In this document: piece after piece, positions 19,791 to 30,286 of the stretch
Layout: every line of letters starts with the position of its first letter
How positions within the stretch are numbered: the stretch's first letter is position 1
Assembly (NCBI GenBank): GCA_041192445.1
Contig: JBEEMW010000070.1
Location: 21,365 to 85,364 of the forward strand
Origin: Pseudomonadota bacterium
GTDB taxonomy: Bacteria; Pseudomonadota; Gammaproteobacteria; Burkholderiales; Burkholderiaceae_C
Direction: 5' to 3'
Length of the DNA: 64,000 bases
Notes under the pieces: generated by a model
What the model was told of the DNA's origin: nothing
The model's database searches: none
The model's input: only the letters and a program-made list of their open reading frames with translations
Translations under genes and position numbers: made by a program

Positions 19791-20271
19791 CTTCAACAGG
19801 TGCTGCGGGTTTGGCATCCAGCACACTGGCCGGTGGCGCCTTCAGCATGGCTTGGGCAACTTGTTCTTGCGACGGGCTCATGCACCCATCGTTCAGACGC
19901 TGGCCCAGCTTTTGATTCATCAACATCGATTTATTCGCCAGTTGCAGCCAGACCACGCCTGCTGCCTTGTCCTCCAGGCGAATCGCTCCGGTGGTAGTTT
20001 GTTCGGGCGACACCCGGTAATTCACGTTGCGAGCCCGCAAATTGAAAAAACCCGGCGCGCCGGGATCGGCCTGCAAAACCACCACACCGCCGTGTTCACA
20101 GGGCAAATTGCCCACGTGGACGCGTTGCGCAATTTCCAGTTCGGCAGGCGTCAAAACGGCCTTGATGTCCACCCGGCCGGCTTTAGACTGCGCCGCCACA
20201 CCGCCATACACAAGCGTGAGCAGGACCAAGGCGAACAGGCGAAAAAGAGGGGTTGAAGCGGGTGTGGTCAT
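19777..20271 (-). CDS. Hypothetical secreted protein (N-terminal signal peptide)
   Basis: MTTPASTPLFRLFALVLLTLVYGGVAAQ signal-like N-terminus. I recognise no family. The last four codons (GAIK) and the stop come from the repeat. Confidence 0.55.
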   Translation of the reverse strand: MTTPASTPLFRLFALVLLTLVYGGVAAQSKAGRVDIKAVLTPAELEIAQRVHVGNLPCEHGGVVVLQADPGAPGFFNLRARNVNYRVSPEQTTTGAIRLEDKAAGVVWLQLANKSMLMNQKLGQRLNDGCMSPSQEQVAQAMLKAPPASVLDAKPAAPVEGAIK

Positions 20272-20305
20272 GGTCGATCAGGTTATGCAATACGAAAGTT
20301 CACCC

Positions 20306-21346
20306 TCAGTGGCCAGGGACATCAAAATAGGCCCTGACCCCGGATGGCAATGCCCTGCCCGTATGATGCGCCCGCTCCAGCGTCTGCCAAAAATAGCGAT
20401 AGCTGGCCCGGTCATGCAGGCGCCCCCCAAAGCTGATGGGAGCCCATGCCACACCTTCGGCTTTCAGAATAATTTCTGAAGCCATTTCAATGTCAAGCTC
20501 GTCCGGCATGAACGCCGCAATAATCGGGCGGATCTGGTCAGGGTGAATGCTCCACATGCGCTGATAACCCATTTCTCGCGCCGCCTGTCGGGCCGCGGCA
20601 CGCAATACTGCCGTGTCCTTGAACTCGGTCACCACGCAATGCGACGGCACCTTGCCATGCGCATGGCAAGCCGATGCGATCTCCAGCTTGGCCCGCACCA
20701 CCAGCGGATGGCTGAACTGCCCCGCGCCCGACATACCCTCAGCGGGAATGGCCCCGGCATGTGCAGACACAAAATCCATGAGTCCAAAACTGATGGACTG
20801 CACACGCGGATGGGCTGCAATATCAAACGCCCGGTGCACGGCAGCGGGTGATTCGATCAGCACGTGTAGCGGCAATTGGCTGCCCGCAGGGCCCGGCCAT
20901 GCGCGATCAACAGCCTTGACCGCACGATCCACATCTGCGACGGACTCAACCTTGGGAATCATCAGGTGGCACAGCGCTGCACCAGCTTTGCCAACAACGG
21001 TGGCCACATCCTGCTCAAACAACGGATGGTCCACCGGGTGAACCCGCACAGCCACCCGGGCTGCTGCAGAATTCTTGACATTTGCTATGTTTTTTGTAGC
21101 TAATCGTGCATGATTGGCGAGGGCTGCAACCATATTGGCATGGTCAAGCTCACCCCCAACCGGTGCACCATCCTCACAATCCAGCGTGACATCAAAGACA
21201 CACACACCGAACTCTTCGGTCATCTCGGCCTGCAATGCCAAGCTCTTGCGCATCCGCGCCTCAACACCACTGTAATGGTCACACACCGGCAAGAAACCGG
21301 CGGATGCCTGGGCACCCATCAGTGCGTCGCGTGGATGCATGACCAT
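20306..21346 (-). CDS. HpcH/HpaI aldolase / citrate lyase beta-subunit (CitE)-like protein
   Basis: FDVTLDCEDGAP and LIESPAAV...ISFGLMDF resemble the CitE / malyl-CoA lyase-like fold; this is a family-level call only. The start is trimmed to the ATG at 21346, downstream of the mdh stop. Confidence 0.6.
   Translation of the reverse strand: MVMHPRDALMGAQASAGFLPVCDHYSGVEARMRKSLALQAEMTEEFGVCVFDVTLDCEDGAPVGGELDHANMVAALANHARLATKNIANVKNSAAARVAVRVHPVDHPLFEQDVATVVGKAGAALCHLMIPKVESVADVDRAVKAVDRAWPGPAGSQLPLHVLIESPAAVHRAFDIAAHPRVQSISFGLMDFVSAHAGAIPAEGMSGAGQFSHPLVVRAKLEIASACHAHGKVPSHCVVTEFKDTAVLRAAARQAAREMGYQRMWSIHPDQIRPIIAAFMPDELDIEMASEIILKAEGVAWAPISFGGRLHDRASYRYFWQTLERAHHTGRALPSGVRAYFDVPGH
21084..21137 (+). 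repeat. 55-bp repeat copy inside the CitE-like gene (antisense to the coding strand)
   Basis: ttgctatgttttttgtagctaatcgtgcatgattggcgagggctgcaaccatattg matches the reverse complement of the 30973-31028 copy at 39/56, and the first 10 nt are identical. It is translated as VAALANHARLATKNIANV. Confidence 0.7.
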
Positions 21347-21357
21347 TAACTTGCCGC

Positions 21358-22344
21358 TCAAAGCAGGTGGGCAACTCCGGCCTGCTCGTCCTGCAATTCC
21401 TTGAGCGTCTTGTTGATGCATTCCTGGCTGAACGCATCCACCGTCAGGCCTTCAACCGGTTTGTACTCGCCACCTTCGCAGGTCACGGCAAAACCAAACA
21501 TCACATCTTTCGGGATGCCGTATTGGCCGTCGGACGGGATGCCCATGGTGACCCACTTGCCATTCGTGCCCAGCGCCCAGTCGCGCATGTGGTCGATGGC
21601 CGCATTGGCAGCCGATGCGGCAGATGACACCCCACGCGCTTCAATGATGGCCGCACCACGCTTGCCCACGGTCGGCAGGAAGGTGTTGGCGTTCCAGTCA
21701 TGGTCGTTGATCATGTCCTTGACGCCGGCACCATTGATGGTGGCAAAACGGTAGTCGGGGTACATGGTTGGGGAGTGATTGCCCCACACCACCAGTTTTT
21801 CGATATCCGCAACTGCCTTGCCAGTCTTGCTGGCCAATTGGCTCAGGGCGCGATTGTGATCCAGGCGCAGCATGGCGGTGAAATTTTTGCGCGGCAGATC
21901 GGGCGCGCTCTTCATCGCGATGTAGGCGTTGGTGTTGGCGGGATTGCCTACGACCAGCACCTTGACGTTGCGGCTTGCAACGGCGTTGAGCGCCTTGCCT
22001 TGAGCCGTAAAGATCTGGGCGTTCACAGCCAGCAACTCGGCACGCTCCATGCCGGGGCCACGAGGGCGTGAACCGATCAGCAAGGCGTAATCCACGTCCT
22101 TGAACGCGGTCATCGGGTCGCCATGGGCTTCCATGCCCACGAGCAACGGGAAGGCACAGTCCTGCAATTCCATCATCACGCCCTTGAGCGCTTTTTGAGG
22201 CCCTTCAACGGGCACTTCAAGCAATTGCAATATCACAGGCTGGTCTTTGCCAAGCATTTCGCCTGAGGCAATGCGAAAAAGAATGGCGTAACCAATTTGG
22301 CCTGCTGCACCAGTAACGGCAACGCGGACGGGCTTTTTGCTCAT
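21358..22344 (-). CDS. mdh: Malate dehydrogenase
   Basis: [32 protein letters not shown]...[10 protein letters not shown]. The start is trimmed to the ATG at 22344. Confidence 0.95.
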   Translation of the reverse strand: MSKKPVRVAVTGAAGQIGYAILFRIASGEMLGKDQPVILQLLEVPVEGPQKALKGVMMELQDCAFPLLVGMEAHGDPMTAFKDVDYALLIGSRPRGPGMERAELLAVNAQIFTAQGKALNAVASRNVKVLVVGNPANTNAYIAMKSAPDLPRKNFTAMLRLDHNRALSQLASKTGKAVADIEKLVVWGNHSPTMYPDYRFATINGAGVKDMINDHDWNANTFLPTVGKRGAAIIEARGVSSAASAANAAIDHMRDWALGTNGKWVTMGIPSDGQYGIPKDVMFGFAVTCEGGEYKPVEGLTVDAFSQECINKTLKELQDEQAGVAHLL

Positions 22345-22463
22345 GTCGAGAACTCCGGGAAGTAGGATAAAACAGGTACTGGGGAGCACTCAAACAGGAT
22401 GCGGTGCCCCTCAGAAAGTGATGGGAGTTTACTCTGGAAAACCCTAGGTCGTCAATTAATCTT

Positions 22464-22481
22464 ATGTCTTATATAAGATAT
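22464..22481. promoter_or_regulatory. Candidate operator palindrome in the mdh / gntR divergent intergenic region
   Basis: ATGTCTTATATAAGATAT has a perfect 12-bp core palindrome, TCTTATATAAGA (22467-22478). It lies about 115-120 bp from both start codons. Confidence 0.4.
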
Positions 22482-22593
22482 GATTCGTTCCCTATTCGAC
22501 CCCATTCGACTAAGCTCGGCATAAACCACACGCGCCTCCTGGCTGCCATTTTCAATGCGCACTTCATCCGCCCTTTCCATCGAAAACGCCAAT

Positions 22594-23358
22594 ATGGCCG
22601 AAGGCGTGGGCGCAGCGGAGGGCGTGGCTCAGACGCCCTCATTCAGCCCGCTGTACCAGCAGATCAAGTCCCTGATTCTGCAAAGTTTGCGCATGGGAGA
22701 GTGGAAGCCCGGTGAAGCCATTCCCAGTGAGATGGACCTGGCCACGCGTTTTCGCGTCAGCCAGGGGACCGTACGTAAAGCCATTGACGAGCTGTCGGCA
22801 GAAAATCTGGTGGTTCGGCGCCAGGGCAAGGGCACCTTTGTGGCCACCCACGCCGAGCAGCAGGTGCAGTTCCGCTTTTTGAAACTGGTGCCCGACAACG
22901 GCCCCCCGGGCAGCGAAGGACCGGCCCAGCGCGACATCATTGAGTGCCGCCGTACCCGCGCCAGTGCTGACGTGGCCCGTGCGCTGGCGCTGCGTACCGG
23001 TGACGCCGTGTTGCAGGCCCGACGGGTCTTGAGCTTTGGCGGTACACCGACGATTCTGGAAGACATCTGGCTGCCAGCTGCCCCGTTCAAGGGTCTGACA
23101 GCCGAGCGACTGGCCAACTACCACGGCCCGATGTACGCATTATTTGAAACCGAATTCAATGTCCGCATGGTTCGTGCCGAAGAGAAAATACGGGCTGAGC
23201 CAGCCACCGATGGGCGTGAGATGCTATTAAAAGTGGCGCATGGCACACCCTTGCTCAGCGTGGAGCGCATCGCCTACACCTACAAGGATGCGCCGATGGA
23301 GTTGCGTCGCGGCTATTACCGGACCGACACGCATCACTACCACAACACCCTGGGTTAA
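22594..23358 (+). CDS. GntR-family transcriptional regulator (HutC/FarR-type, UTRA effector domain)
   Basis: PLYQQIKSLILQSLRMGEWKPGEAIPSEMDLATRFRVSQGTVRKAIDEL is a winged-HTH GntR signature, and the C-terminal half is UTRA-like. ATG at 22594. Confidence 0.85.
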   Translation: MAEGVGAAEGVAQTPSFSPLYQQIKSLILQSLRMGEWKPGEAIPSEMDLATRFRVSQGTVRKAIDELSAENLVVRRQGKGTFVATHAEQQVQFRFLKLVPDNGPPGSEGPAQRDIIECRRTRASADVARALALRTGDAVLQARRVLSFGGTPTILEDIWLPAAPFKGLTAERLANYHGPMYALFETEFNVRMVRAEEKIRAEPATDGREMLLKVAHGTPLLSVERIAYTYKDAPMELRRGYYRTDTHHYHNTLG

Positions 23359-23567
23359 ACATTTGAGTATTTTGTAATCTGCGAGTCAGCCCCGGGCGAT
23401 CCTGGCGCTGGATTTGTATCCAATTGCATCGCGAACACACTTTTATGACAAAAATTAGCCGCTAAAGCCGTCCGCCCAAAACATTCATGCTGCATTGCAA
23501 TAGAATTTCGCCGGGCGCAACTTTTGTTAGTTACAAAGCAGTTACCAAATCATATAGAAAGCCAAGC

Positions 23568-24014
23568 ATGTCCGAATCAGCGACAACCGCAGCGAAGAAA
23601 CGGCCCGAATTCCGCAACATCAACGCCTTCACCGACCTTCCCTCCTATCGCTTGCCGCTGGCAGGTATCGTATCCATCCTGCACCGGGTCAGCGGAGCCA
23701 TCATGTTCATCTTGATGCCTTTCATCATCTGGATGTTTGACACCTCGATTTCCTCGGAAATCTCATTTGCAAGATTCAAGTCTGCGTTCAATGTGGGCAT
23801 GCTGGGCTTGCCGGGCATCATCTGGAAACTGGTCGCGCTGGCGCTGATCTGGGCCTATTTGCACCATTTCATTGCAGGCATTCGCCACCTCTGGATGGAC
23901 ACCCACCACGACGCCGTGAGCAAAGAATTCGGCAAATCGTCGGCCGTATTCACGCTGGCCGTGAGTATTGCCCTGGCGATCGTGCTGGGCGCCAAGCTGT
24001 TTGGCCTTTATTAA
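23568..24014 (+). CDS. sdhC: Succinate dehydrogenase cytochrome b556 subunit
   Basis: RPEFRNINAF...SILHRVSGAIMF, three TM segments, first gene of sdhCDAB. ATG at 23568. Confidence 0.88.
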   Translation: MSESATTAAKKRPEFRNINAFTDLPSYRLPLAGIVSILHRVSGAIMFILMPFIIWMFDTSISSEISFARFKSAFNVGMLGLPGIIWKLVALALIWAYLHHFIAGIRHLWMDTHHDAVSKEFGKSSAVFTLAVSIALAIVLGAKLFGLY

Positions 24015-24066
24015 ATCTTGCGGGTCGGGCTTTCGACACTGACCTCAACTAACCAGGAAATTGATC

Positions 24067-24432
24067 ATGTCTGTCAATTACGGCTCCAAACGCATCGTTG
24101 TCGGTGCACATTACGGTCTGCGCGACTGGCTGGGTCAGCGCGTGACGGCGGCCCTGATGGCCCTCTTCACCCTGCTGGTTCTGGCCCAGGTCATTTTCAG
24201 CAAAGGTCCTATTGGCTATGACAAATGGGCCGGTATTTTTTCATCGCAATGGATGAAGGCCTTGACCTTTGCCGTCATCATTGCCTTGCTGTACCACGTA
24301 TGGCTTGGCATGCGCGACATCTGGATGGACTACATCAAACCAGTGGGCTTGCGCCTGTCCCTACAGGTTTTCACCATCGTGTGGCTGGTTGCCTGCGCTG
24401 GCTGGGGCATTCAGGTCCTGTGGCGCCTGTAA
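24067..24432 (+). CDS. sdhD: Succinate dehydrogenase hydrophobic membrane anchor subunit
   Basis: GAHYGLRDWLGQRVTAALMALFTL...YHVWLGMRDIWMDY. ATG at 24067, with AGGAAA 8 nt upstream. Confidence 0.88.
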   Translation: MSVNYGSKRIVVGAHYGLRDWLGQRVTAALMALFTLLVLAQVIFSKGPIGYDKWAGIFSSQWMKALTFAVIIALLYHVWLGMRDIWMDYIKPVGLRLSLQVFTIVWLVACAGWGIQVLWRL

Positions 24433-24462
24433 GGCGTTTTTTTCCAAGACTCCATCAAAATC

Positions 24463-26259
24463 ATGACCGCTACTTCCAAACTTCCCAAGCGCAAATTTGA
24501 CGTCGTCATCGTCGGCGCCGGTGGCTCCGGCATGCGCGCCTCACTGCAACTGGCCCGCGCGGGTCTGAACGTGGCCGTGCTCTCCAAAGTGTTTCCAACG
24601 CGTTCACACACTGTTGCAGCACAGGGCGGCATTGGCGCCTCTCTGGGCAACATGTCCGAAGACAACTGGCACTATCACTTCTACGACACCGTCAAAGGTT
24701 CCGACTGGCTCGGCGACCAGGATGCCATTGAGTACATGTGCCGCGAAGCGCCCAAGGTTGTGTACGACCTTGAGCACATGGGCATGCCGTTTGACCGTAA
24801 TCCGGATGGCACCATTTACCAGCGTCCGTTTGGTGGCCACACCGCCAACTACGGTGAAAAGCCCGTGCAGCGGGCCTGCGCAGCGGCTGACCGCACCGGC
24901 CACGCCATGCTGCACACGCTGTACCAGCAAAACGTCAAGGAGAAAACCAGTTTCTTTGTGGAATGGCTGGCGATGGATCTGATCCGCGACGCCGCAGGCG
25001 ACGTGGTGGGCGTGACCGCACTGGAAATGGAAACCGGTGACGTGCATATTTTCGAGGCCAAGACCACCCTGTTGGCCACTGGCGGTGCCGGGCGCATTTT
25101 TGCGGCATCAACCAACGCCTTCATCAATACCGGCGATGGCCTGGGCATGGCCGCTCGTGCAGGCATTCCTCTGGAGGATATGGAGTTCTGGCAGTTTCAC
25201 CCCACCGGCGTGCACGGTGCTGGCGTTTTGCTGACCGAGGGCTGCCGTGGCGAAGGTGCCATTTTGCGCAACAGCAATGGCGAGCGTTTTATGGAGCGTT
25301 ATGCACCTGCCTACAAGGATCTGGCCCCACGTGACTATGTGTCGCGCTGCATGGATCAGGAAATCAAGGAAGGCCGTGGCTGTGGACCCAACAAGGACTA
25401 CATCAATCTGGACATGACCCACCTGGGCGCGGAAACGATCATGAAACGCCTGCCCTCGGTGTTCGAGATTGGCCACAACTTTGCCAACGTCGACATCACC
25501 AAAGAGTCGATCCCCGTTGTCCCCACCATTCACTACCAGATGGGAGGCATCCCGACCAACATCCACGGCCAGGTCGTCACGCAAAACGCTGACAACCAGA
25601 GCGAGGTCGTCAATGGCCTGTATGCCGTGGGTGAATGCTCTTGTGTGAGCGTGCACGGTGCCAACCGCCTGGGTACCAATTCGCTTCTTGACTTGCTCGT
25701 GTTTGGCCGGGCCGCAGGCAATCACATTGTTGAATTCAACAAGACTAATACCACACACAAGCCACTTCCGGCCGATGCAGCGGACGCCACACTGGCCCGC
25801 ATTGCACGGCTGGACGACGCCACAACGGGTGAGTATTCACAAGATGTGGCCAACGACATCCGCAGCATCATGCAGCAACACGCCGGTGTGTTCCGCACCC
25901 AGGCCAGCATGGACGAGGGTGTTACAAAAATCGCAGCCATGCGCGAGCGCGTCAACGCCATCAACTTGAAAGACAAGTCGAAGATTTTCAACACTGCACG
26001 TATCGAGGCGCTGGAAGTTGAAAACCTGATTGAGGCCGCCCAAGCCACCATGGTATCTGCCGCAGCCCGCCACGAAAGCCGTGGTGCCCATTCGGTCAAC
26101 GACTACAGCGACAGCGCAGCGCACCCGAACGGCCGCAACGACACCGATTGGCACAAGCACACGCTCTGGCACAGCGCAACCAACTCGCTGACCTACAAGC
26201 CTGTGAAGATGACCCCTTTGACCGTCGATTCTGTGCCCCTCACCGTGCGCAGCTTCTAA
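24463..26259 (+). CDS. sdhA: Succinate dehydrogenase flavoprotein subunit
   Basis: FDVVIVGAGGSGMRASL...SHTVAAQGGI (FAD-attachment His context)...HGANRLGTNSLLDL. Confidence 0.97.
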   Translation: MTATSKLPKRKFDVVIVGAGGSGMRASLQLARAGLNVAVLSKVFPTRSHTVAAQGGIGASLGNMSEDNWHYHFYDTVKGSDWLGDQDAIEYMCREAPKVVYDLEHMGMPFDRNPDGTIYQRPFGGHTANYGEKPVQRACAAADRTGHAMLHTLYQQNVKEKTSFFVEWLAMDLIRDAAGDVVGVTALEMETGDVHIFEAKTTLLATGGAGRIFAASTNAFINTGDGLGMAARAGIPLEDMEFWQFHPTGVHGAGVLLTEGCRGEGAILRNSNGERFMERYAPAYKDLAPRDYVSRCMDQEIKEGRGCGPNKDYINLDMTHLGAETIMKRLPSVFEIGHNFANVDITKESIPVVPTIHYQMGGIPTNIHGQVVTQNADNQSEVVNGLYAVGECSCVSVHGANRLGTNSLLDLLVFGRAAGNHIVEFNKTNTTHKPLPADAADATLARIARLDDATTGEYSQDVANDIRSIMQQHAGVFRTQASMDEGVTKIAAMRERVNAINLKDKSKIFNTARIEALEVENLIEAAQATMVSAAARHESRGAHSVNDYSDSAAHPNGRNDTDWHKHTLWHSATNSLTYKPVKMTPLTVDSVPLTVRSF

Positions 26260-26296
26260 GCCAACGTCAAGCGAACAAGACCAGCGAGAACACCCC

Positions 26297-27001
26297 ATGT
26301 CAAAACGCACATTCCAGATCTACCGCTACGACCCCGATACCGACGCCAAGCCCTACATGCAAACCATCGAGGTTGAGCTTGACGGCAGCGAGCGCATGTT
26401 GCTCGATGCGCTGATGAAGCTCAAGGCGCAAGACCCCAGCATCACCTTTCGCCGCTCGTGCCGAGAAGGTGTTTGCGGCTCGGATGCCATGAACATCAAC
26501 GGCAAGAACGGTCTGGCATGCCTGACCAATATGCTCACGCTGCAAGGCACCATTGTTCTGAAGCCACTGCCGGGTCTGCCGGTCGTGCGGGATCTGATCG
26601 TCGACATGACGCAGTTCTTCAAGCAATACAACTCCATCAAACCGTATCTGGTCAACGACAACGTGCCACCCGAAAAGGAACGTTTGCAGAGCCCCGAGGA
26701 GCGCGACGAGCTCAATGGCTTGTACGAATGCATTTTGTGCGCCAGCTGCTCCACGGCCTGCCCCAGCTTCTGGTGGAATCCGGATAAATTTGTGGGCCCG
26801 GCCGGGCTGCTGCAAGCCTACCGCTTCATCGCCGACAGCCGCGACGAAGCCACCGGTGAGCGTCTGGATAACCTGGAAGACCCTTACCGCCTTTTCCGCT
26901 GCCACACCATCATGAACTGTGTCGATGTATGCCCAAAGGGACTGAACCCCACCAAGGCGATTGGAAAAATCAAGGAAATGATGGTTCTGCGTACGGTGTA
27001 A
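26297..27001 (+). CDS. sdhB: Succinate dehydrogenase iron-sulfur subunit
   Basis: CREGVCGSDAMNINGKNGLAC, CILCASCSTACPSFWWN, CHTIMNCVDVCPKGLNP (three Fe-S cluster motifs). Confidence 0.97.
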   Translation: MSKRTFQIYRYDPDTDAKPYMQTIEVELDGSERMLLDALMKLKAQDPSITFRRSCREGVCGSDAMNINGKNGLACLTNMLTLQGTIVLKPLPGLPVVRDLIVDMTQFFKQYNSIKPYLVNDNVPPEKERLQSPEERDELNGLYECILCASCSTACPSFWWNPDKFVGPAGLLQAYRFIADSRDEATGERLDNLEDPYRLFRCHTIMNCVDVCPKGLNPTKAIGKIKEMMVLRTV

Positions 27002-27021
27002 GCATTACAGAAAGCCTCAGA

Positions 27022-27300
27022 GTGGACGAAGTACTGATTGGAGAGCGTGAACTCAGCAAGCTGAAATGGCGTTGCCGTCGTGGCTTGCTGGAAAACGACC
27101 TTTTCATTGAGCGTTTCTTCAAACGGTTCGAAAAAAGTCTCACAGTCACCCAGTCAGGGGCTTTGACGGTGCTGATGGATTTGAGCGATAACGATTTGCT
27201 GGACCTCCACCTGGCAAGAAAAACGCTGTTGCAGATCAATGCCGATCTGGAACGGGATGATGTGCGTGAAGTTTTAAGTATGTTGAGAGAAATCCGGTGA
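27022..27300 (+). CDS. sdhE: FAD assembly factor SdhE (DUF339/YgfY family)
   Basis: [21 protein letters not shown]...DNDLLDL resembles the SdhE RGxxE motif region. I infer the GTG at 27022 as the start, because the track's ATG at 26929 lies inside sdhB in another frame. Confidence 0.75.
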   Translation: MDEVLIGERELSKLKWRCRRGLLENDLFIERFFKRFEKSLTVTQSGALTVLMDLSDNDLLDLHLARKTLLQINADLERDDVREVLSMLREIR

Positions 27301-27310
27301 AAGGGAATAT

Positions 27311-28621
27311 ATGAAACTAGCTGACCATAAAGCCACCCTGTCGTTCAGCAACGGCAGCCCCAGCGTCGATTTGCCGGTTTATCAAGGCACAGTCGGTCCT
27401 GACGTCGTCGACATCCGCAAGTTGTATGCCCAGACGGGCATGTTTACTTACGATCCCGGTTTTTTGTCAACTTCCGCATGCCAGTCGGCCATCACCTACA
27501 TTGATGGTGACAAAGGCGAGTTGCTGTACCGGGGGTACCCCATTGAACAACTCGCCACCAACTGCGATTACATGGAGACCTGCCACCTGCTGCTGTACGG
27601 TAATTTGCCCGATGCAGCCGGCAAGGCGGACTTCACCAAACGTGTCTCAAACCACACCATGGTGAACGAGCAGATGCAGTTTTTCCTGCGGGGTTTCCGC
27701 CGTGATGCACACCCGATGGCCATCATGACCGGGCTGGTTGGCGCGTTGTCGGCCTTCTACCACGACAGTACTGACATCAACAATCCGGAACATCGCGAAA
27801 TTTCTGCGATTCGCCTGATTGCCAAAATGCCGACCCTGGTGGCCATGGCCTACAAGTACAGCGCAGGCCAGCCCTACATGTACCCCAGAAACAACCTGAG
27901 CTATGCCGGCAACTTCATGCACATGATGTTTGCAACGCCATGTGAGGACTACACCGTCAACCCGGTGATCGAGCGCGCGCTGGACCGTATTTTCGTCCTG
28001 CATGCCGATCACGAACAAAATGCGTCCACCTCCACTGTCCGCTTGTGCGGCAGCTCCGGCACCAACCCGTTCGCAGCCATCGCAGCAGGCGTCGCCTGTC
28101 TGTGGGGCCCTGCGCATGGCGGGGCCAATGAAGCCTGTTTAAACATGCTCGGTGACATCCAGAAAATGGGCGGCATCAGCAAAGTGGGTGAATTCATGGC
28201 CCAGGTCAAGGACAAAAATTCCGGCGTCAAGCTGATGGGTTTTGGCCATCGCGTTTACAAAAACTACGACCCCCGTGCCAAACTGATGCAGGAAACCTGT
28301 AAGGAAGTCCTGGCTGCCCTGGGCCTGGAGAATGACCCCTTGTTCAAACTGGCGATGGCGCTTGAAAAAATTGCACTGGAAGACGACTATTTTGTGTCGC
28401 GCAAGCTCTACCCCAATGTGGACTTCTATTCCGGCATCGTGCAGCGCGCGATCGGCATTCCGACCTCGCTGTTCACCGCCATCTTCGCACTGGCCCGAAC
28501 CGTGGGCTGGATTGCCCAGCTCAATGAAATGATCGGTGACCCGGAGTACAAAATTGGCCGTCCCCGCCAATTGTTCACTGGTGCAACCCGACGCGACGTC
28601 TTGCCAATTTCGCAGCGATAA
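27311..28621 (+). CDS. gltA: Citrate synthase (type II)
   Basis: [32 protein letters not shown]...[15 protein letters not shown]...[13 protein letters not shown]. Confidence 0.97.
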   Translation: MKLADHKATLSFSNGSPSVDLPVYQGTVGPDVVDIRKLYAQTGMFTYDPGFLSTSACQSAITYIDGDKGELLYRGYPIEQLATNCDYMETCHLLLYGNLPDAAGKADFTKRVSNHTMVNEQMQFFLRGFRRDAHPMAIMTGLVGALSAFYHDSTDINNPEHREISAIRLIAKMPTLVAMAYKYSAGQPYMYPRNNLSYAGNFMHMMFATPCEDYTVNPVIERALDRIFVLHADHEQNASTSTVRLCGSSGTNPFAAIAAGVACLWGPAHGGANEACLNMLGDIQKMGGISKVGEFMAQVKDKNSGVKLMGFGHRVYKNYDPRAKLMQETCKEVLAALGLENDPLFKLAMALEKIALEDDYFVSRKLYPNVDFYSGIVQRAIGIPTSLFTAIFALARTVGWIAQLNEMIGDPEYKIGRPRQLFTGATRRDVLPISQR

Positions 28622-28646
28622 ACCGCTGCGACCTGCTGACGCCACG

Positions 28647-28675
28647 AAAACCCCGGCTGGTCCGGGGTTTTTCTT
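28647..28675 (+). terminator. Intrinsic terminator after gltA
   Basis: AAAACCCCGG-ctggt-CCGGGGTTTTTCTTT. Confidence 0.85.
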
Positions 28676-28716
28676 TGCGGGAAGCATAAAATCAGACCTC
28701 CACAGGAATCATCACC

Positions 28717-30138
28717 ATGAGCCGCACCCTTTACGACAAGATCTGGGACGAACACGTCGTCCATACCGAAGAAGATGGCACGGCCATCCTGTACATTGAC
28801 CGGCATCTGGTTCACGAAGTCACCAGCCCCCAAGCTTTTGAAGGCCTGCGTCAGGCCGGGCGCAAGGTCTGGCGCATCAGCTCGATTGTTGCTACGGCCG
28901 ATCACAACACACCAACAACGGGCTGGGAGCTGGGGTATGACGGCATTACCGACCCCATCAGCCGGGAACAGGTCACCACACTGGATACCAATATCCGCGA
29001 ATTCGGCGCGGCAGCTTATTTCCCGTTTCTCTCCAAACGTCAGGGTATCGTGCACGTTATCGGCCCAGAAAATGGAGCCACTCTCCCTGGCATGACCGTG
29101 GTTTGCGGCGACTCGCATACCTCAACCCATGGCGCATTTGGCGCCTTGGCACACGGCATCGGCACCAGCGAAGTTGAACACGTGCTGGCGACACAGACCT
29201 TATTGGCAAAAAAGGCCAAGAATCTGCTGGTCAAGGTGGAAGGGACCCTGCAGAAAGGTTGCAGTGGAAAAGACATTGTGCTTGCCATCATTGGCCGCAT
29301 CGGCACAGCGGGTGGCAACGGCTACACCATCGAGTTCGCGGGCTCCGCCATCAGGGCACTGTCCATGGAAGGCCGGATGACCGTGTGCAATATGGCCATT
29401 GAAGCCGGTGCCCGCGCAGGCCTGGTTGCGGTAGACCAGAAAACCATTGATTACCTCAAGGGCCGGCTACTGGCCCCGACGGGCGTTGAATGGGATCAAG
29501 CCTGCGCCTACTGGAAGACCCTGCAATCTGATGCCGACGCGAAGTTCGACACCGTTGTCGAACTCGATGCATCACAAATCATTCCCCAGATCACCTGGGG
29601 TACGTCGCCGGAAATGGTGCTCGGTGTGGATGACCGCGTGCCCGATCCCGATCGCGAGAAAGATCCCAACAAACGCGGTGCGATCGAACGTGCGCTGACC
29701 TATATGGGCCTGCAGCCCGGCAAATCGCTGGATGATATTTACATTGACAAGGTGTTTATCGGGTCCTGTACCAACAGCCGCATCGAGGACATGCGCGAAG
29801 CCGCGGCCATGGTCAGGAAGCTGGGTCAAAAAGTCGCCAAAAATGTTAAATTGGCCATGGTCGTGCCGGGCTCAGGGCTGGTAAAGGAACAAGCTGAACG
29901 CGAAGGTCTGGACGAAGTCTTCAAGGCTGCTGGTTTTGAATGGCGTGAGCCTGGCTGCTCCATGTGTCTGGCCATGAACGCTGACAAGCTGGAGCCCGGA
30001 GAACGCTGCGCTTCCACCAGCAACCGTAACTTCGAGGGTCGTCAGGGTGCTGGCGGTCGCACTCATCTGGTCAGCCCGGCAATGGCGGCAGCCGCGGCCA
30101 TACACGGCCATTTTGTTGATATCCGCAAATTCGCATGA
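28717..30138 (+). CDS. leuC: 3-isopropylmalate dehydratase large subunit
   Basis: [15 protein letters not shown]...[15 protein letters not shown]...[14 protein letters not shown]...[12 protein letters not shown]...CSMCLAMN. Confidence 0.97.
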   Translation: MSRTLYDKIWDEHVVHTEEDGTAILYIDRHLVHEVTSPQAFEGLRQAGRKVWRISSIVATADHNTPTTGWELGYDGITDPISREQVTTLDTNIREFGAAAYFPFLSKRQGIVHVIGPENGATLPGMTVVCGDSHTSTHGAFGALAHGIGTSEVEHVLATQTLLAKKAKNLLVKVEGTLQKGCSGKDIVLAIIGRIGTAGGNGYTIEFAGSAIRALSMEGRMTVCNMAIEAGARAGLVAVDQKTIDYLKGRLLAPTGVEWDQACAYWKTLQSDADAKFDTVVELDASQIIPQITWGTSPEMVLGVDDRVPDPDREKDPNKRGAIERALTYMGLQPGKSLDDIYIDKVFIGSCTNSRIEDMREAAAMVRKLGQKVAKNVKLAMVVPGSGLVKEQAEREGLDEVFKAAGFEWREPGCSMCLAMNADKLEPGERCASTSNRNFEGRQGAGGRTHLVSPAMAAAAAIHGHFVDIRKFA

Positions 30139-30148
30139 GGACCGTGAA

Positions 30149-30280
30149 ATGAAAAAAAGCTTTTTCCTGCTGATCGTCCTCTCCCTGCTGGGGCTGGCTG
30201 GCTGCAATACCGTCAAAGGCATGGGGCAGGACCTGCAAAAAGCGGGTGAGTCCATTGAAGGTGTGGTCAAGAAGAAGTAA
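30149..30280 (+). CDS. Entericidin EcnA/B-family small lipoprotein
   Basis: 43 aa: MKKSFFLLIVLSLLGLAGCNTVKGMGQDLQKAGESIEGVVKKK. It has a lipobox LAGC and the entericidin-like GxGxDxxxxG core. ATG at 30149. Confidence 0.75.
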   Translation: MKKSFFLLIVLSLLGLAGCNTVKGMGQDLQKAGESIEGVVKKK

Positions 30281-30286
30281 CCAGCC

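Noticed and set aside
26929-27021. The ATG at 26929 as the sdhE start.
   Set aside because: It would overlap the last 73 nt of sdhB in another frame and add a non-homologous N-terminus. The GTG at 27022, just after the sdhB stop, gives an SdhE-sized protein of 92 aa.
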